Shown here in pieces: positions 35,478 through 48,560 of a DNA stretch of 64,000 nt. This stretch comes from Macrostomum lignano (taxonomy: Eukaryota), in the NCBI GenBank assembly GCA_002269645.1, contig NIVC01000788.1, positions 1-64,000 of the forward strand, in the 5' to 3' direction. The number at the start of each line of letters is the position of its first letter. Within the stretch, counting starts at the first letter, position 1. A model generated the notes under the pieces. That model saw only the letters and a program-made list of their open reading frames with translations, was not told the DNA's origin and did not search any database. Position numbers and translations under genes: made by a program.

Positions 35478-37094
35478 GGTGGCGATGCGTGTGCAGCTTG
35501 TGCTTCTACATGTGCTGTGTCTTATTTAGCCTTCACAGACGCCATGCTAATCCGTGGAAAACAAAAGAGAGAGAGAGCAGCATATGAGACTAGGGCAATT
35601 CAAAACAGCATTGATACTTTTGCTTTTATTTTCTTCATGTCCATCAGTTAAAGCTAAGTGTCTATGGGTGCAAGTACGAGTAAACAAGTGTCAGGCATGA
35701 AATAAGGACAACTTGATAACAAGTTTTATAGTTATCAGGCAGTTATCAAGTTGTCCTTGGCATGAAATAAAAACGATCGTATAATTACTAATACTTTGAT
35801 TGTGACATACGTGATGATGATTGTGATGATGTGTTCCAAGTTTTTTTTAACCCAGGTAACTCAAGGATCAAAGATGGCCACTCTAACTTGTAGTTTCCCG
35901 ACTCTATTGAGTAGTACCTGTCCAAAATTGACTATAAATCATTGTTGCATGTTGCGACAAAGTTCGATTAGAGCATGTTGCGATGTTGAGGATTTTATTG
36001 GGGGCGGCTATAATAAGGTTAGCGCTGCATGCGAGTGCCAAAGCTGCTGCACAGGGCCCCATGTAATACTACCGGCCGTCTTTTGTGTTCGCCATTCATT
36101 TTAGGGGCCGCTATAACGTTGCATGTACACTCACCGCTCACTCGTACGTGTAATAACATGAAGCTGCTGCAAGGGCACGTCATCTGATAGCCCGTTTCAG
36201 GGCCTGTGGATGTGGCTCCCTGCTCCCTAGAATGGCTCTAGAAGCGTGGTGTACGTAGGCTGGTGTATCAGAGAAGCTGAAGATTGTGCAGAAGCTTCTA
36301 TATTCTCACGTCAATTCCAGTGGATCCTCAAACCAAAATTAGGCACTCTTCGTTCTGACAGATTTACTAACCTGAGCTTCCTGCTCCCCTAAAGCCTAGG
36401 GAAAAACGTCGGCTCTAAGAGCTCATATCGCACTGTATATATACAGTAGTCCTTGATCGCAGGGTTCTCAAACAATCTAGGATTCTATTTAAAAGTCTGA
36501 TTGGTGGAGGCCAATATACTGTAATAATCTTGAATGCTCATAATATAATTTTATTTTTATGCTAAACAAAATTTACAAGCTTTGATCGAAATACAGGTAC
36601 ATCCCGACTCGATTAGAAATGCGAAACATAGTTTGCTTTTTTACCCCCAGGTTGTCTCTATATGCTTCCACGTAAAACATTCGTCAACGCTTTTCTTGTA
36701 AAAATCGTTGCTCGATTTTAAAATTATAAAACATCTGATTGACATTTCACGGACACTGACAAATAATAGAACTTAGACAAAGGCATTTTACATGCTGATA
36801 ATTAGCATAGCGATAAGTCCAAAAGAAATTGAAAAGGATTGGTGTGCTGTGACGTGCTATCGGATGTTTGCTTGCTTTTGTCATTATAAAATGTAATACT
36901 GCTGGCATTTGCTCTTGCCAGTGTTTTCTTGAATTAGAGCTTCTGTTATCTACTAAATTCTTTGCTGCAAGCCTTAAATCTGGTTATTGACTGCTTGTTC
37001 TATACTTAGGCCCCTACCACTTGGATTTGACTTTTTGGGCTTCCTAGTAGCAGTAGGCCTAACCTACTAACCGTGACTTCTAGTTAACATTCCA

Positions 37095-40000
37095 ATGGGT
37101 AACACACTAAGAAACTGTGTGAGCTCCCCAGAGGATAATGAAGGTAGCAATGCAAGCCTTTTGCGAGAAAATAGTCATCCATCAAGGCATGCTCAACAAC
37201 AAAGTGGTACAAGCAGCAATCCTACATCCCAAGGCCAAGATCAGGTAGGCCAAGGCATATGTCAATGTATGATTCTGTGTTGATTCATTTGCCCATGCCT
37301 AACTAGCTAAGAGTAAGCCTATTAATTTCTTATAGTTAAGTCCATTCAAAATATTTCAAAACTGATAATTTTTAACATTGATTAAATTTTGCTAATCTTA
37401 AGCTCATATTAGTGTTCATAATTTTTTAAATATTTAAAATCTAATAATAGGGGGGGGCCTATTAAGTCTAGTATTATAATATATGCCTTTTTTGAATTGC
37501 TATCTTAGTATTCTATATTTATAGGTTAACAAGAAACCAAACATTAAATAGTCTTAAATAAAGCTATATATATGCCTAAAGGTATAAGCCAAGGTCTAAA
37601 AACTTTTTAAATGCTATATATAAATTTGCCTTTGAAATTTAAATTTTCATGGTTTTGCTTGAGGGCTTATTTCTTTTTTGAATAATTATCTAGCTTATAT
37701 ATTTATATATTATGTCTAGGTTTATATCACCTAATTTTTTATTCTAATCCTATACTAAAAATTGTTTTTCTATATTTTTATCTAATAAAAAATTAGATCT
37801 CTTTAAATTGAAAAAAAAGAAGAAAATCCTAATTTTACTTTATTTTTAAATAAATGAATAAATGGGAATTCCCAATTATTATTAATATACTTTATAGCTA
37901 AATATATATATAAGCCTCCTATGCATGCATGGAAATGTTTAAAATTTATGTTTAACCTATAATTAGATATATTAGAGGTAACAAAAGATAATTTTTGGAT
38001 TAGATTTTTGGCAGCATATTTTAAATCTGGTATTACCATACTTGCACTGTTTTGATAATTACTGTGCTATTATGCTATTTATTGTTTTAGATACTTTTTT
38101 AGATCTGTTTTTCTATATTTGATCTATATATAATTGTTTTTGCCATAAAAAGTCTTTTTACAATAAATTTGAGAAAAATTAATTCATTTCCTAATAATTT
38201 TATATATAGTTTCTGTGTTTGGAATCTATTAGGTGGGTCTAAATATAACTAGATTTGTGCAAGATATATTTGTAGTATAGAGTTACCATTGAGCAAGTTG
38301 GCTTCTTTAAGGATGTCTGGAACTTTTAAACTGAGCTTGTTAGTCTGTTGTTTAACTATCTACCACTAGAAACTTATGTGCTGTGTAGACTTTGCTTCCT
38401 TGACCAAAATTTTCTCCTGGGCACCAACTTTAAGTTTGATAACAGTTCTGCACGTTGCTAAAGTTTATGCCCAGTGTCATTCCTGTGAAGCTGCTACACA
38501 ACTTGCTAATTAAGATAAAAAACTTCGCCTTAAAACTTCCCTCTTGAAACTGCAACTTAAGCATGTGCTAAAGCGCGTCTCTAGCAATGTCAAACTATGA
38601 TGCAATGCCATCCTGGATTTGCTCCTAGCCATTAAAACTTGGCAGCAGTGAAGCTCAGTCCCATATTGCTTGCATCTGTCTTTGCTGCTCATGTCAAAGC
38701 TGACGACCAGACTCGTGCAAGAAAGAACCAGGAGGAGGCAATGGCAAAGCTGACGACCAGACTCGTGCAAGAACGAATCAGGAGGAGGCAATGGCAAAGC
38801 TGACGACCAGACTCGTGCAAGAACGAATCAGGAGGAGGCAATGGCAAAGCTGACGACCAGACTCGTGCAAGAACGAATCAGGAGGAGGCAATGGCAAAGC
38901 TGATGACCAGACTCGTGCAAGAAAGAACCAATTAATAGCTAATTACTATTTTTGGCTTTTTATTATTTAGAAATCATTTAATTCACTAAAATTTACTATT
39001 TACTGGTACGAGCCATGTCTTGATTCAGCCTAAATATTCATAGATCTGACTTATGAGCTAATCTTTAAACAATTTTGATTCCTCTCCTATATAAATTATT
39101 TGTCGAACCTGTAAGTCGTAGCTATTAGTAATAGTCATAAGGCTGTGATGAAATCATTTTTTTTAATTTGGATCCAATTCTTTGTGGGGGTTCAATTCAA
39201 CCTTTTTTAGTTCTAAAGCAGGGGTCGGCAGACTTTTTTACCTTATAGTCCAGGTAGAGAACCCAGCGCATGATTGCGGGCCCGAGGAGGGGAGAGAAGA
39301 GAGATGAGAAAAATGAGAGGCAAGGGAATAAAGAAGAATAAAAGAGAGACGAAATAGTAGAAGAAAAAGAAGAGAAGGGATACGAGAGGAGAGATTAAAA
39401 GAGAAAAGAGAGAATGGAGGAGAGAGAAGAGACTCTCGCAGTAAAGTGGAGAGAAGGAAGAGGAGAGGAGAGGAGAGAACCCTGCTCTTGAGTCTAGACT
39501 ACGCCTAGCCCAAGCTCCCGTGTCACACCAAAACCGCAGGCTAATCGGCAGCAGCGGTACTTCCTGACCCCGGACAGTAGCCGCCGAGTGGACGAGCTGT
39601 CCGAAGACGAGCAGGTGAAAATTGCCAAGCGAATCGGCCTGATTGGCTACTTGCCAATTCGATTCTACATGGAGCGAGACAAAGATAGCGACAAAGAGTG
39701 AGGAGGCTTGCTGGGCGATTTTTTCTGACTTGCTATAAACCGAAACATTCCCTTGAAATTCACGGCGGACCCTATCTGATTTCACTGAGCCAGTGTCCCA
39801 GTACCCCACAGTGTCCCATTACCACACAGACAGTGTCCCGGTACCCCACAGACAGCGTCCCGGTACCCCACAGTGTCCCAGTACCCCACAGTGTCCCATT
39901 ACCACACAGTGTCCCGGTACCCCACAGACAGTGTCCCAGTACCCCACAGTGTCCCATTACCACACAGTGTCCCATTACCACACAGTGTCCCGGTACCCCA

Positions 40001-40482
40001 CAGACAGTGTCCCGGTACCCCACAGACAGTGTCCCGGTACCCCACAGACAGTGTCCCAGTACCCCACAGACAGTGTCCCAGTACCCCACAGACAGTGTCC
40101 CAGCACCCCTCTCACAGCAGGTATTGCCACCTGCCCCATTGCGCCCAGGTGCGTCATCTGCATGGTCGAATACGAGAACGGCGACGAACTGCGCTACCTG
40201 CCGTGCGCTCACAGCTTTCACAAGGCCTGCATTGACGCTTGGCTAATGCGCAGTTTCACCTGCCCCAACTGCAGCCAGCCGGTAGATTCAGCTCTTGTCG
40301 GCTCCTTTGATCCTCTCGGCGGAGGCGGCAGAGTTGAAGCCGCCCCAGTCGAAGATGCAAGCGAAGATGTCGCAGCCGAAGCGGAAGGTGAAGGCTCTGT
40401 TGAAGAAGAATCAGCCGAGTCAGAAGACCCGCAGCAACTGCAGCCGCAACCCGAACCGCCCACCAAATCTGCGGATAATTGA
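37095..40482 (+). CDS. RNF11: RING finger protein 11-like RING-H2 E3 ligase (227 aa)
   Basis: Exons 37095-37244, 39498-39697, 40149-40482 (phases 0,2). MGN N-terminus, [20 protein letters not shown] and [50 protein letters not shown] match RNF11 hallmark segments. Confidence 0.9.
38697..38930. repeat. 50-bp tandem repeat (~5 copies) in RNF11-like intron 1
   Basis: Unit GGCAAAGCTGACGACCAGACTCGTGCAAGAACGAATCAGGAGGAGGCAAT. Confidence 0.9.
39219..39290 (+). mobile_element. hAT-like MITE terminus (partner end not found)
   Basis: CAGGGGTCGGCAGAC; near-identical CAGGGGTCGGCAAAC at 51757. This terminus type is typical of hAT/Charlie-like non-autonomous elements. Confidence 0.4.
39790..40105. repeat. 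20-22-bp minisatellite in RNF11-like intron 2
   Basis: Units CAGTGTCCCAGTACCCCA(CAGA) and CAGTGTCCCATTACCACA. Confidence 0.9.
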
Positions 40483-40789
40483 GATTTGCAGATTTCATTT
40501 TTATCCATACTCTCGGGGACTGATAGTCTTTGTAACCTTAATTTTAAGACGGCCATGCTGCTGTGCTCCTCTGTTTTTCTGACAATTTCATACTGACCCA
40601 TTTTCCGTTCCATATATATATAGTATATATAGTATTACTGTATTGTGCGAATCCCAATGTCTGTGGCTTTCATTCAGTCCTCCCCTGTCTTTGCCCTGTA
40701 ACCACATTTTATCACTTTGCCGCCATCCGTTCTCCCTCACTTTGCCACTCATGCCTCTCGACATCTATAATTTCATATACCGGAGTTCC

Positions 40790-41180
40790 ATCCCTGACTC
40801 CCATCCCTGACCCATATCTCTGACCCCCATCCCTGACCCCATCCCTGACCCCCATCTCTCTGACCCCATCTCTGACCCCCATCCCCGACTCCCATCCCTA
40901 ATCACCATTCCTGACTCCCATTCCTGACACCCATCCATAATCCCCATTCCTGACCCCCATCCCTGACCCCCATCCCTAATCCCCATTCCTGACCCCCATC
41001 CCTGACCCCCATCCCCGACTCCCATCCCCGACTCCCATCCCTGACCCCCATCCCTAATCCCCATTCCTGACCCCCATCCCTGACCCCCATCCCTGACCCC
41101 TATCCCCGACTCCCATCCTTGACTCCCATCCCCGACTCCCATCCTCGACTCCCATCCCTGATCCCCATTCGTGACCCCCT
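40790..41180. repeat. 12-bp C-rich minisatellite
   Basis: CCCCATCCCTGA variants. Confidence 0.9.
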
Positions 41181-41559
41181 CCCTGACCTCCATCCTCTTT
41201 TCCATTCATAGCATCCAATCCTGGAGCACACGTCCCTAATCTCAATTCCTGATTAATCATGCCAATCCCCATCCCTTACCTTTTCTATCAGTTATTGGTC
41301 AATGTACTCGTAACTGTACTCTTTTATTAATTAAAAAATTGCTTGGACAAGTTTTCTCATAAATTTCCCACTCATCATGCAATTAATTAATCGCGTAAAG
41401 TACTTCAGTTTTCATTGCTCTCCAGTTCCCTATCCGCCACCCGAACAACTTTCATTTTGTAATCGTTTTCTAGCAACCAAGACTGCCGATCCGCGCACCT
41501 TTATTCTCACAAATGTCGGCTTCATTTTTAAACTAATTAATTGGTTATTTTGACTTAGT

Positions 41560-42055
41560 AGCAGAGAGGCAGAGAGAGATCATAAATCAGAGTGGAGTAG
41601 CTGAGAGTCAGAGAGAGAGATCATAAATCAGAGTGGAGTAGCTGAGAGTCAGAGAGAGAGATAATAAATCAGAGTGGAGTAGCAGAGAGTCAGAGAGAGA
41701 GATCATAAATCAGAGTGGAGTAGCAGAGTCAGAGAGAGATCATAAATCAGAGTGGAGTAGCAGAGAGTCAGAGAGAGATCATAAATCAGAGTGGAGTAGC
41801 TGAGACAGTCAGAGAGAGATCATAAATCAGAATGGAGTAGCAGAGAGTCAGAGAGAGATCATAAATCAGAATGGAGTAGCAGAGAGTCAGAGAGAGATCA
41901 TAAATCAGAATGGAGTAGCAGAGAGTCAGAGAGAGATCATAAATCAGAATGGAGTAGCAGAGAGTCAGAGAGAGATCATAAATCAGAATGGAGTAGCAGA
42001 GAGTCAGAGAGAGATCATAAATCAGAATGGAGTAGCAGAGAGTCAGAGAGAGATA
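41560..42055. repeat. 39-bp tandem repeat (~12 copies)
   Basis: Unit GAGAGAGATCATAAATCAGAATGGAGTAGCAGAGAGTCA. Confidence 0.93.
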
Positions 42056-43264
42056 GAGTTCAGGCAAAACCGACAATATCTTGAAAGCAGACAGACCACA
42101 ATCAGATGTTCTGAATTTTAAGCACACACTGATATTGTTTTGCATCTTTGAAATATTTTCTTGGTTCTGCCTTTATTTTAAAAAATCGAAAGAAATTTCT
42201 CCAGACTCGCAAAATATTTATTTTCTGTTTTTTGGCACAAAAAAATAAATAAGGCAGAACTTGAAAAGTCTTGCTGCATTTCATCACCTTCGAATGTATA
42301 ATTATTTCCTTGTTAGAACTGGTTTTGTTTGTCAATAGATCGTTTCGATCTGCCACTATTCCATATGTCAGGTTTATAAACAGGTCTGCCACTATTCCAT
42401 ATGCCAGATTTTTAAGCTGGGCCATAGCTACTAATACTACTATATTATATCTGAGTCAGTAGTATAATTCTACTATCACTCTACCTTTGAGAGTATTTCT
42501 CACTCGAGACGCGATCGGTTTTCTCTGCTGCCATCCGCATTGTCATTCAGTTCGTGAGTCACGCTCTCATTGCATTTCAATCATCCATTTATCACTTTCC
42601 ATTGTTATTGTTCATCGTCTATAATGCTTTCATACGGCTGGGAAGTTGTTTTCAATTCTTTCAATTTTCCACTGTTCCGGAGGACAATGGGCAATTTACT
42701 TCCAAGCCCCCCATTTGCTGGTTCTGCTTCTGTGTCCCTTGAAGCGGTAAAATCTGCTGCAATACTATCTTGACAAACAATGGCCGCCACAGCCGGCACT
42801 TTTTCTCCACAGGGTCTGAATGAGCTGCTTTTTAGACTTTTAGCTTTTCAGCTTCAGTTAGAAATCTACTTCTTTCTTTTGTTTCTTGTGGGATGTCTCC
42901 CACAATGACACAATGACAATTTCACAATGACATGAGAAATAGATACTCATCTCCCACAATGAGTAGCTATTTCTTCTGTTTTGAGCATTAACAGTCTGCT
43001 GGTACTCAGTTACCTGTCGTCTATGCCTGAGATACCTGATGTTAGTTATTATACCTTGAGTATAAATGGTGTATGTTAGTCTATATCTGTGCGTACCTTT
43101 CAGGTGCTTGTTTTCGTGTCGAGACCCGTGTGAATCAAGGAACACAGAACCCATTGATCTCGGTGAGCTTCATGTGAGCTCGAAGCTATGAATTTGGTCT
43201 CCTGTGACCTCTGCTAGGTTCCTGTGAATTCTACGAGTACAATTTTCCTGTGATCTCAATGAAA

Positions 43265-43655
43265 TTCCCCTGAACACGACTAGATTCCTGTGACCTTGAT
43301 AAGATTCCTGTGACCTTGATAAGATTCCTGTGACCTTGATAAGATTCCTGTGAACCCAGTGAGATTCCTGTGACCCTTGATAAGATTCCTGTGAACCCAG
43401 TGAGATTCCTGTGACCCTTGATAAGATTTCTGTGACCTTGATAAGATTCCTGTGACCCTTTATAAGATTCCTGTGAACCCAGTGAGATTCCTGTGACCCT
43501 TAATAAGATTCCTGTGAACCCAGTGAGATTCCTGTGACCCTTGATAAGATTCCTGTGAACCCAGTGAGATTCCTGTGACCTTGATAAGATTCCTCTGAAC
43601 CCAGTGAGATTCCTGTGACCTCGATAAAGTTCCTGTGAACCCGGCGAGATTCCTG
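43265..43655. repeat. 20-bp minisatellite (mirror copy 61790-62080)
   Basis: GATTCCTGTGACCTTGATAA / GATTCCTGTGAACCCAGTGA units. Confidence 0.92.
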
Positions 43656-43984
43656 TTAGTTTAGCCAGTTGACAACCATTAAATTTACTGGAATATTCCT
43701 TAGTTCTAACGCAGTGGCGATCACTGTAAAGGATAAAATCATAGCACACTGGTATTTCGGCAGACTGGACGGTTAAGATAAAGTTTCTAACCAGCCTTTG
43801 ATGTCTACCGCTTGCTTTAGTTGTAGGACTTGTGTTTGCTGATCTGGCATCAAATTCAGCGGGCTCAGTTAAAAGCACTCAGCTCAGCTTTTTTGGTGCC
43901 TAAAGTACATTTCTTGCGACTCGGGTACCGACTGCTTCCCAAGATTTTCCATCGCTCCAGTGGCACCTCCTGTACCGACTCCAC

Positions 43985-44635
43985 TACCAGAGGCGCCTTC
44001 GCTGCCTCTTCCGTGGCGCCTCCACTGCCTCTTCCGTTGCGGCTCCACTGCCTTTTCTGTGGCGCCTCCACTGCCTCTTCCGTGGCGCCTCCACTGCCTC
44101 TTCCGTGGCGCCTCCACTGCCTCTTCCGTGGCGCCTCCACTGCCTCTTCCGTTGCGTGGCGCTTCCACTGCCTCTTCTGTGGCGCCTCCACTGCCTCTTC
44201 TGTGGCGCCTCCACTGCCTCTTCTGTGGCACCTCCACTGCCTCTTCCGTTGCGTGGCGCTTCCACTGCCTCTTCCGTGGCGCCTCCGCTGCCTCTTCCGT
44301 GGCGTAGCGCTTCCACTGCCTCTTCCGTTGCGTGGCGCCTCCACTGCCTCTTCTGTGGCGTAGCGCTCCCACTGCCTCTTCCGTGGTGTGGCGCTTCCAC
44401 TGCCTCTTCGTGGCGTGGCGCTTCCACTGCCTCTTCGTGGCGTGGCGCCTGCACTGCCTCTTCCGTGGCGTGGCGCTTCCACTGCCTCTTCCGTGGCGTA
44501 GCGCTTCCACTGCCTCTCCCGTGGCGTGGCGTGGCGCTTCCACTGCCTCTTCCGTGGCGTAGCGCTTCCACTGCCTCTTCCGTGGCGTGGCGCCTGCACT
44601 GCCTTATCCGTGGCGTGGCGCTTCCACTGCCTGCA
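43985..44635. repeat. 21-26-bp GC-rich minisatellite (mirror copy 60655-61430)
   Basis: CCACTGCCTCTTCCGTGGCG(TGGCG)CCT units. Confidence 0.93.
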
Positions 44636-45721
44636 CTGCAAGGCAGAGTTTCTTATTCTAAAACAAAGCCGTGACAAAAGCAAAATTCTGAACAGATTTT
44701 GCAACCATGTTACTGAGAGAAAGCATGCGATTCCCTAGGGATTTTCATAAAGGATTAGCAAAACTGTTATCTGTCGTCTTAGCAGCTGGTTAATCTACTC
44801 TTAAATTTCAGAATCCGTCCTGCGTGAAAACCTGTCGCTAATCCGACAAGAATTGCTAAGTTGGGCTAATCCTCTTAGCGCTCACGGCAACAAGAGGGGA
44901 TGGGCTCAACCGTTGCTTTCAACAAATGACGCTTTAAAAACTATGTTGGTAAAAAAGTTAATTATTAAAATTGAATCGTGCTGGCGATGGCTTGGTCGCA
45001 TAAGTAATATTCCATTTTTGCAAATTGAATTCGTTCAGCTGCGTTGACGTTCTAACTTTGTCGTTGACAAGTTTTCTTCTATCAAATAAAGTTGCTCTGT
45101 AGTTGAATCAATTCTGGTTGGGACAAACTGTTTTTCAAACTGTAGCAGCTGTCTGTGGCATGATCTGAATTTAGCTACCATAAATACAGCATTAGTGGAC
45201 GAGAAGTTTCGCAGTTTGGCCGAATTCGAATTGCGAAAAGGTATACAGGGTGCCTTTAAAGCATGGGTATCAATGATACTATACTATAGAAATTTTTGTC
45301 CCAGCTACACTTTCATAGCAAGGGCGAGAGTATGGGCGAAGAGTCAAAAGCAGCCTAGAAAGCAAGAAATAGGAGCAACAGTGACCTATGGTCAAAAGAA
45401 CATTTCGGGCGGTTAACGACATTAGCGGGCATGGTACAAAAATGTCAGGGTACAATGTTTTTAAGAGATCACTGGATTCATACGAGTGTGTCATCACTGC
45501 TGCGCTAAACGATCTGGCTTGAGTGTATAGAAGCGCGTTCTAGCTTAAGAAGCTTTTGGGAAAGAGGGAAGTTCAAAGTCGATAGAGGTGTGCAAGCATG
45601 CAGAATAAAAATGTGCTATCAAAGACTTCTAAGCAAGCGTCCTTGGTTGGTCAGTGGTCAAATCTGTTGTGCTACGGTTGTCTACTATCTTCATTTTTGC
45701 ATCTCCGCTTCAACCCACTTG

Positions 45722-47313
45722 CTAGCTGATCTCTTCACCGCCACGCCTGTTGAGCTCCTGAGCCTCGGCGCCTTGGTTGACGCCGTCTCTGTCAGCAACC
45801 TCCGCCGCGGCGTTCCCGGCCTCTCTCCTTGGCAGCCAGGACAGAAAGATGTCCGAGAAGGTGTCGCGGAACTGCTTAGACATGGTAGTGTAAAGCACGA
45901 AATTCACGCTGTTGTTAATCAGAGAGAGCAGGTCCAGCAGGTCGCCCATTGGCGCGTACACATTGCTGCTAAATTGGTCACTGACGAAGCACAGCAGCGA
46001 CATGATGCCTTGCGGCAGCTCTGTAATTATGAAGATAATCACTATAGCCAACAGCATCATTGTTGTTCGCTGCTCTCTGCTGTCCTTCTTCTGCTCCCGC
46101 TTGGACGATTTGCCACTGTTTAGCAGCTTCTTGCGCCGCCTGGCTGCCTTGGACATCTCCACGATGAGAAGGATGGTCATCACGGAGAGCAGCAGGCAGG
46201 GCACGATCTTGTACAGGATGGCGATGGTCCAGTAGTTGGAGCGCATCAGCAGCTCGCTAAAGCCATCTGGAGTTGCTACAAAGTACACCGTGCGATTAGT
46301 GACAAAGCTCTGGCAAGCCCTGACCGAGTTCATCAGATAGTTGGGCACGTTGGTCAGGCAGAACAATCCGTAGGTGGCGGCGATGCTGATGTAGGCGTTG
46401 CGCTTACTGGCCAGCTGGGCACCGCGGCTCGGCAACGCGATGTACAGATAGCGAAACACGGCCAGGGCCACCGTCAGCCAGCAGGCCACGGTGTGCAGCA
46501 CCAGCACCAGGCTGATGGTGAACAGAGAGTACACAATCCACGGGTAAACGTGGGTGTGAGGCTGCTTCAGAGCGTCCTGCGGCGACAGGATGATGAAGTG
46601 CAGAACCTGTCGTAGGCAAAGTGAAACACCCTGTCAATTTGTTCCGGCTTTCTTTTAAAGGCAATAAAAAAGCAAGATCATGAGACGGAAAAGACATGGA
46701 CGAAGTAAAGCAGCATGGTGAGCAGAAGGGACAGAGTCACGCAGGCTCTAGACGAAGCAAAGCAGAATGATGAGAAGGACAGTCACGCACTCTCTGGACG
46801 AAGTAAAGCAGAATTATGAGCAGAAGGGACACAGTCACGCAGGCTCTAGACGAAGCAAAGCAGAATGATGAGAAGGACAGTCACGCACTCTCTGGACGAA
46901 GTAAAGCAGAATTATGAAAAGAAAGGACACAGAGTCGTGCACTCTCTGGATGAAAAATAGCAGAATGATGAGCAGAAGGGACATACACTCACCTGGAAGA
47001 AATAAAGCAGCATGGTTAGCAGGTCAGCCACAGCCACAGCAATCAGGATGGTATTGACTGACGAGGCCATGCTCTTCCTGGTGAGCACGACAATGTTAGC
47101 CAGGTTGGCCACGACTCCGAAGACGCAGAGCAGAACGCAGAGGTAGCCATGGACGGGGGCGTACCACGCTTGGAAACGGACCAGACCGGTGTATTGGGAT
47201 GGAGCGGCAGCTGACAGGTTGGAGCAGTCCCGCTCCAGGTCTCCGAGGCTCACTGATGCGCCCATTCTTAATCGGATTTGTCTCGATCTGCAAGGCGAAT
47301 AGAGGCGATCCAT
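45722..47313 (-). CDS. Rhodopsin-class neuropeptide GPCR, myosuppressin receptor/dmsr-like (intact copy, ~401 aa)
   Basis: Exons 47313-46993 (alternative ATG 47265) and 46606-45722, phase 0. Motifs HGYLCVLLCVFGVVANLANIVVLTRKSM, AVADLLTM, LHTVACWLTVALAVFRY, YKIVPCLLL, RTTMMLLAIVIIFIITELPQGI, DLLSLINNSVNFVLYTTMSKQFR. Confidence 0.9.
46690..46985. repeat. ~46-52-bp tandem repeat in the GPCR intron (mirror copy 58310-58605)
   Basis: Sense-strand unit approximately CTGCTCATCATTCTGCTTTGCTTCGTCTAGAGCCTGCGTGACTGTGTCCCTT, ~6 copies. Confidence 0.85.
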
Positions 47314-47626
47314 TATTCCGTATCTATACGGTAGAACCTCAGTTGCCGTGCAGCATAGCAACCAGTAGACATTATCCAGACTGCTTCCACCCTCATTCAG
47401 CCTTCCCAGAGGACCTATTGTCCCCTTTTCAAGAAGCTAGAGTCCAAATTTTCCCATCTAAAAAACCCAGCCGGTCACTGGGTGAGAAGTCAAGCAATCT
47501 TTGGCCCCAAGTCTTTCCAATTTCTAAACTGCCTTACTCGCACGCGCTCGTAATTGATCGACACAGGCGTATGCGGGTAAAAGAAATCAATCCAAGGTGT
47601 TAAGCTGGATAAGTTAGCCGGCAATG

Positions 47627-47678
<52 letters not shown>

Positions 47679-47904
47679 AGTGAGCAGCCCAGGGCAGGCA
47701 GGTACCCACACGTGAGGCCCCCGCAATATCCGGAGAGCTCTGGGCGCACTGTTGTGAATCGTGAGAAACTCAAGAAAGCTGAATAAGCTCGGGTAGGTCG
47801 GCTCATTCCACCACGGCGACTCCTTCATTTGGCAGGGTAATTAAAAATAAGTTGAAGCTGTAAGATGAATCACTAACTAATTTAAGAAAACAATGGACTG
47901 CGCC

Positions 47905-48560
47905 TATTACTTTCCCTCTCACCCCCACTTCCCCTCTTCCCTCTCACCCACAGTTCCCCTCTTCCCTCTCACCCTCAGTTCCCCTCTTCCCTCTCACCCC
48001 CACTTCCCCTCTTCCCTCTCACCCTCAGTTCCCCTCTTCCCTCTCACCCCCACTTCCCCTCTTCCCTCTCACCCCCACTTCCCCTCTTCCCTCTCACCCC
48101 CATTTCCCCTCTTCCCTCTCACCCCACTTCCCCTCTTCCCTCTCAGCCTCAGTTCCCCTCTTCCCTCTCACCCCCACTTCCCCTCTTCCCTCTCACCCTC
48201 AGTTCCCCTCTTCCCTCTCACCCCCACTTCCCCTCTTCCCTCTCAGCCTCAGTTCCCCTCTTCCCTCTTACCCCCACTTCCCCTCTTCCCTCTCACCCCC
48301 ACTTCCCCTCTTCCCTCTCACCCTCAGTTCCCCTCTTCCCTCTCACCCCCACTTCCCCTCTTCCCTCTCACCCCCACTTCCCCTCTTCCCTCTCACCCTC
48401 AGTTCCCCTCTTCCCTCTCACCCCCACTTCCCCTCTTCCCTCTCACCCCCACTTCCCCTCTTCCCTCTCACCCCACTTCCCCTCTTCCCTCTCAGCCTCA
48501 GTTTCCCTCTTCCCTCTCACCCTCAGTTCCCTCTCACCCCCTCTTCCCTCTCACCCCCTC
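47905..48560. repeat. Polypyrimidine minisatellite (mirror copy 56702-57385)
   Basis: TTCCCCTCTTCCCTCTCACCCCCAC / ...CACCCTCAG units of ~25 bp. Confidence 0.92.

Larger units (their letters stand above)
42346..48560. repeat. Left arm of a ~6.2-kb inverted duplication (partner 56702-~63000)
   Basis: Near-identical in reverse complement throughout: GPCR exons, intron, (GA)n tract, three minisatellites and unique spacers. Confidence 0.95.

Noticed and set aside
38200-38700. Possible hAT transposase remnant (LETRFST)
   Set aside because: One short motif amid multiple stops; insufficient support.
43830-44738. Arg/Glu-rich ORFs (also 60589-61593)
   Set aside because: Minisatellite translations open in several frames; unit lengths vary by non-multiples of three.
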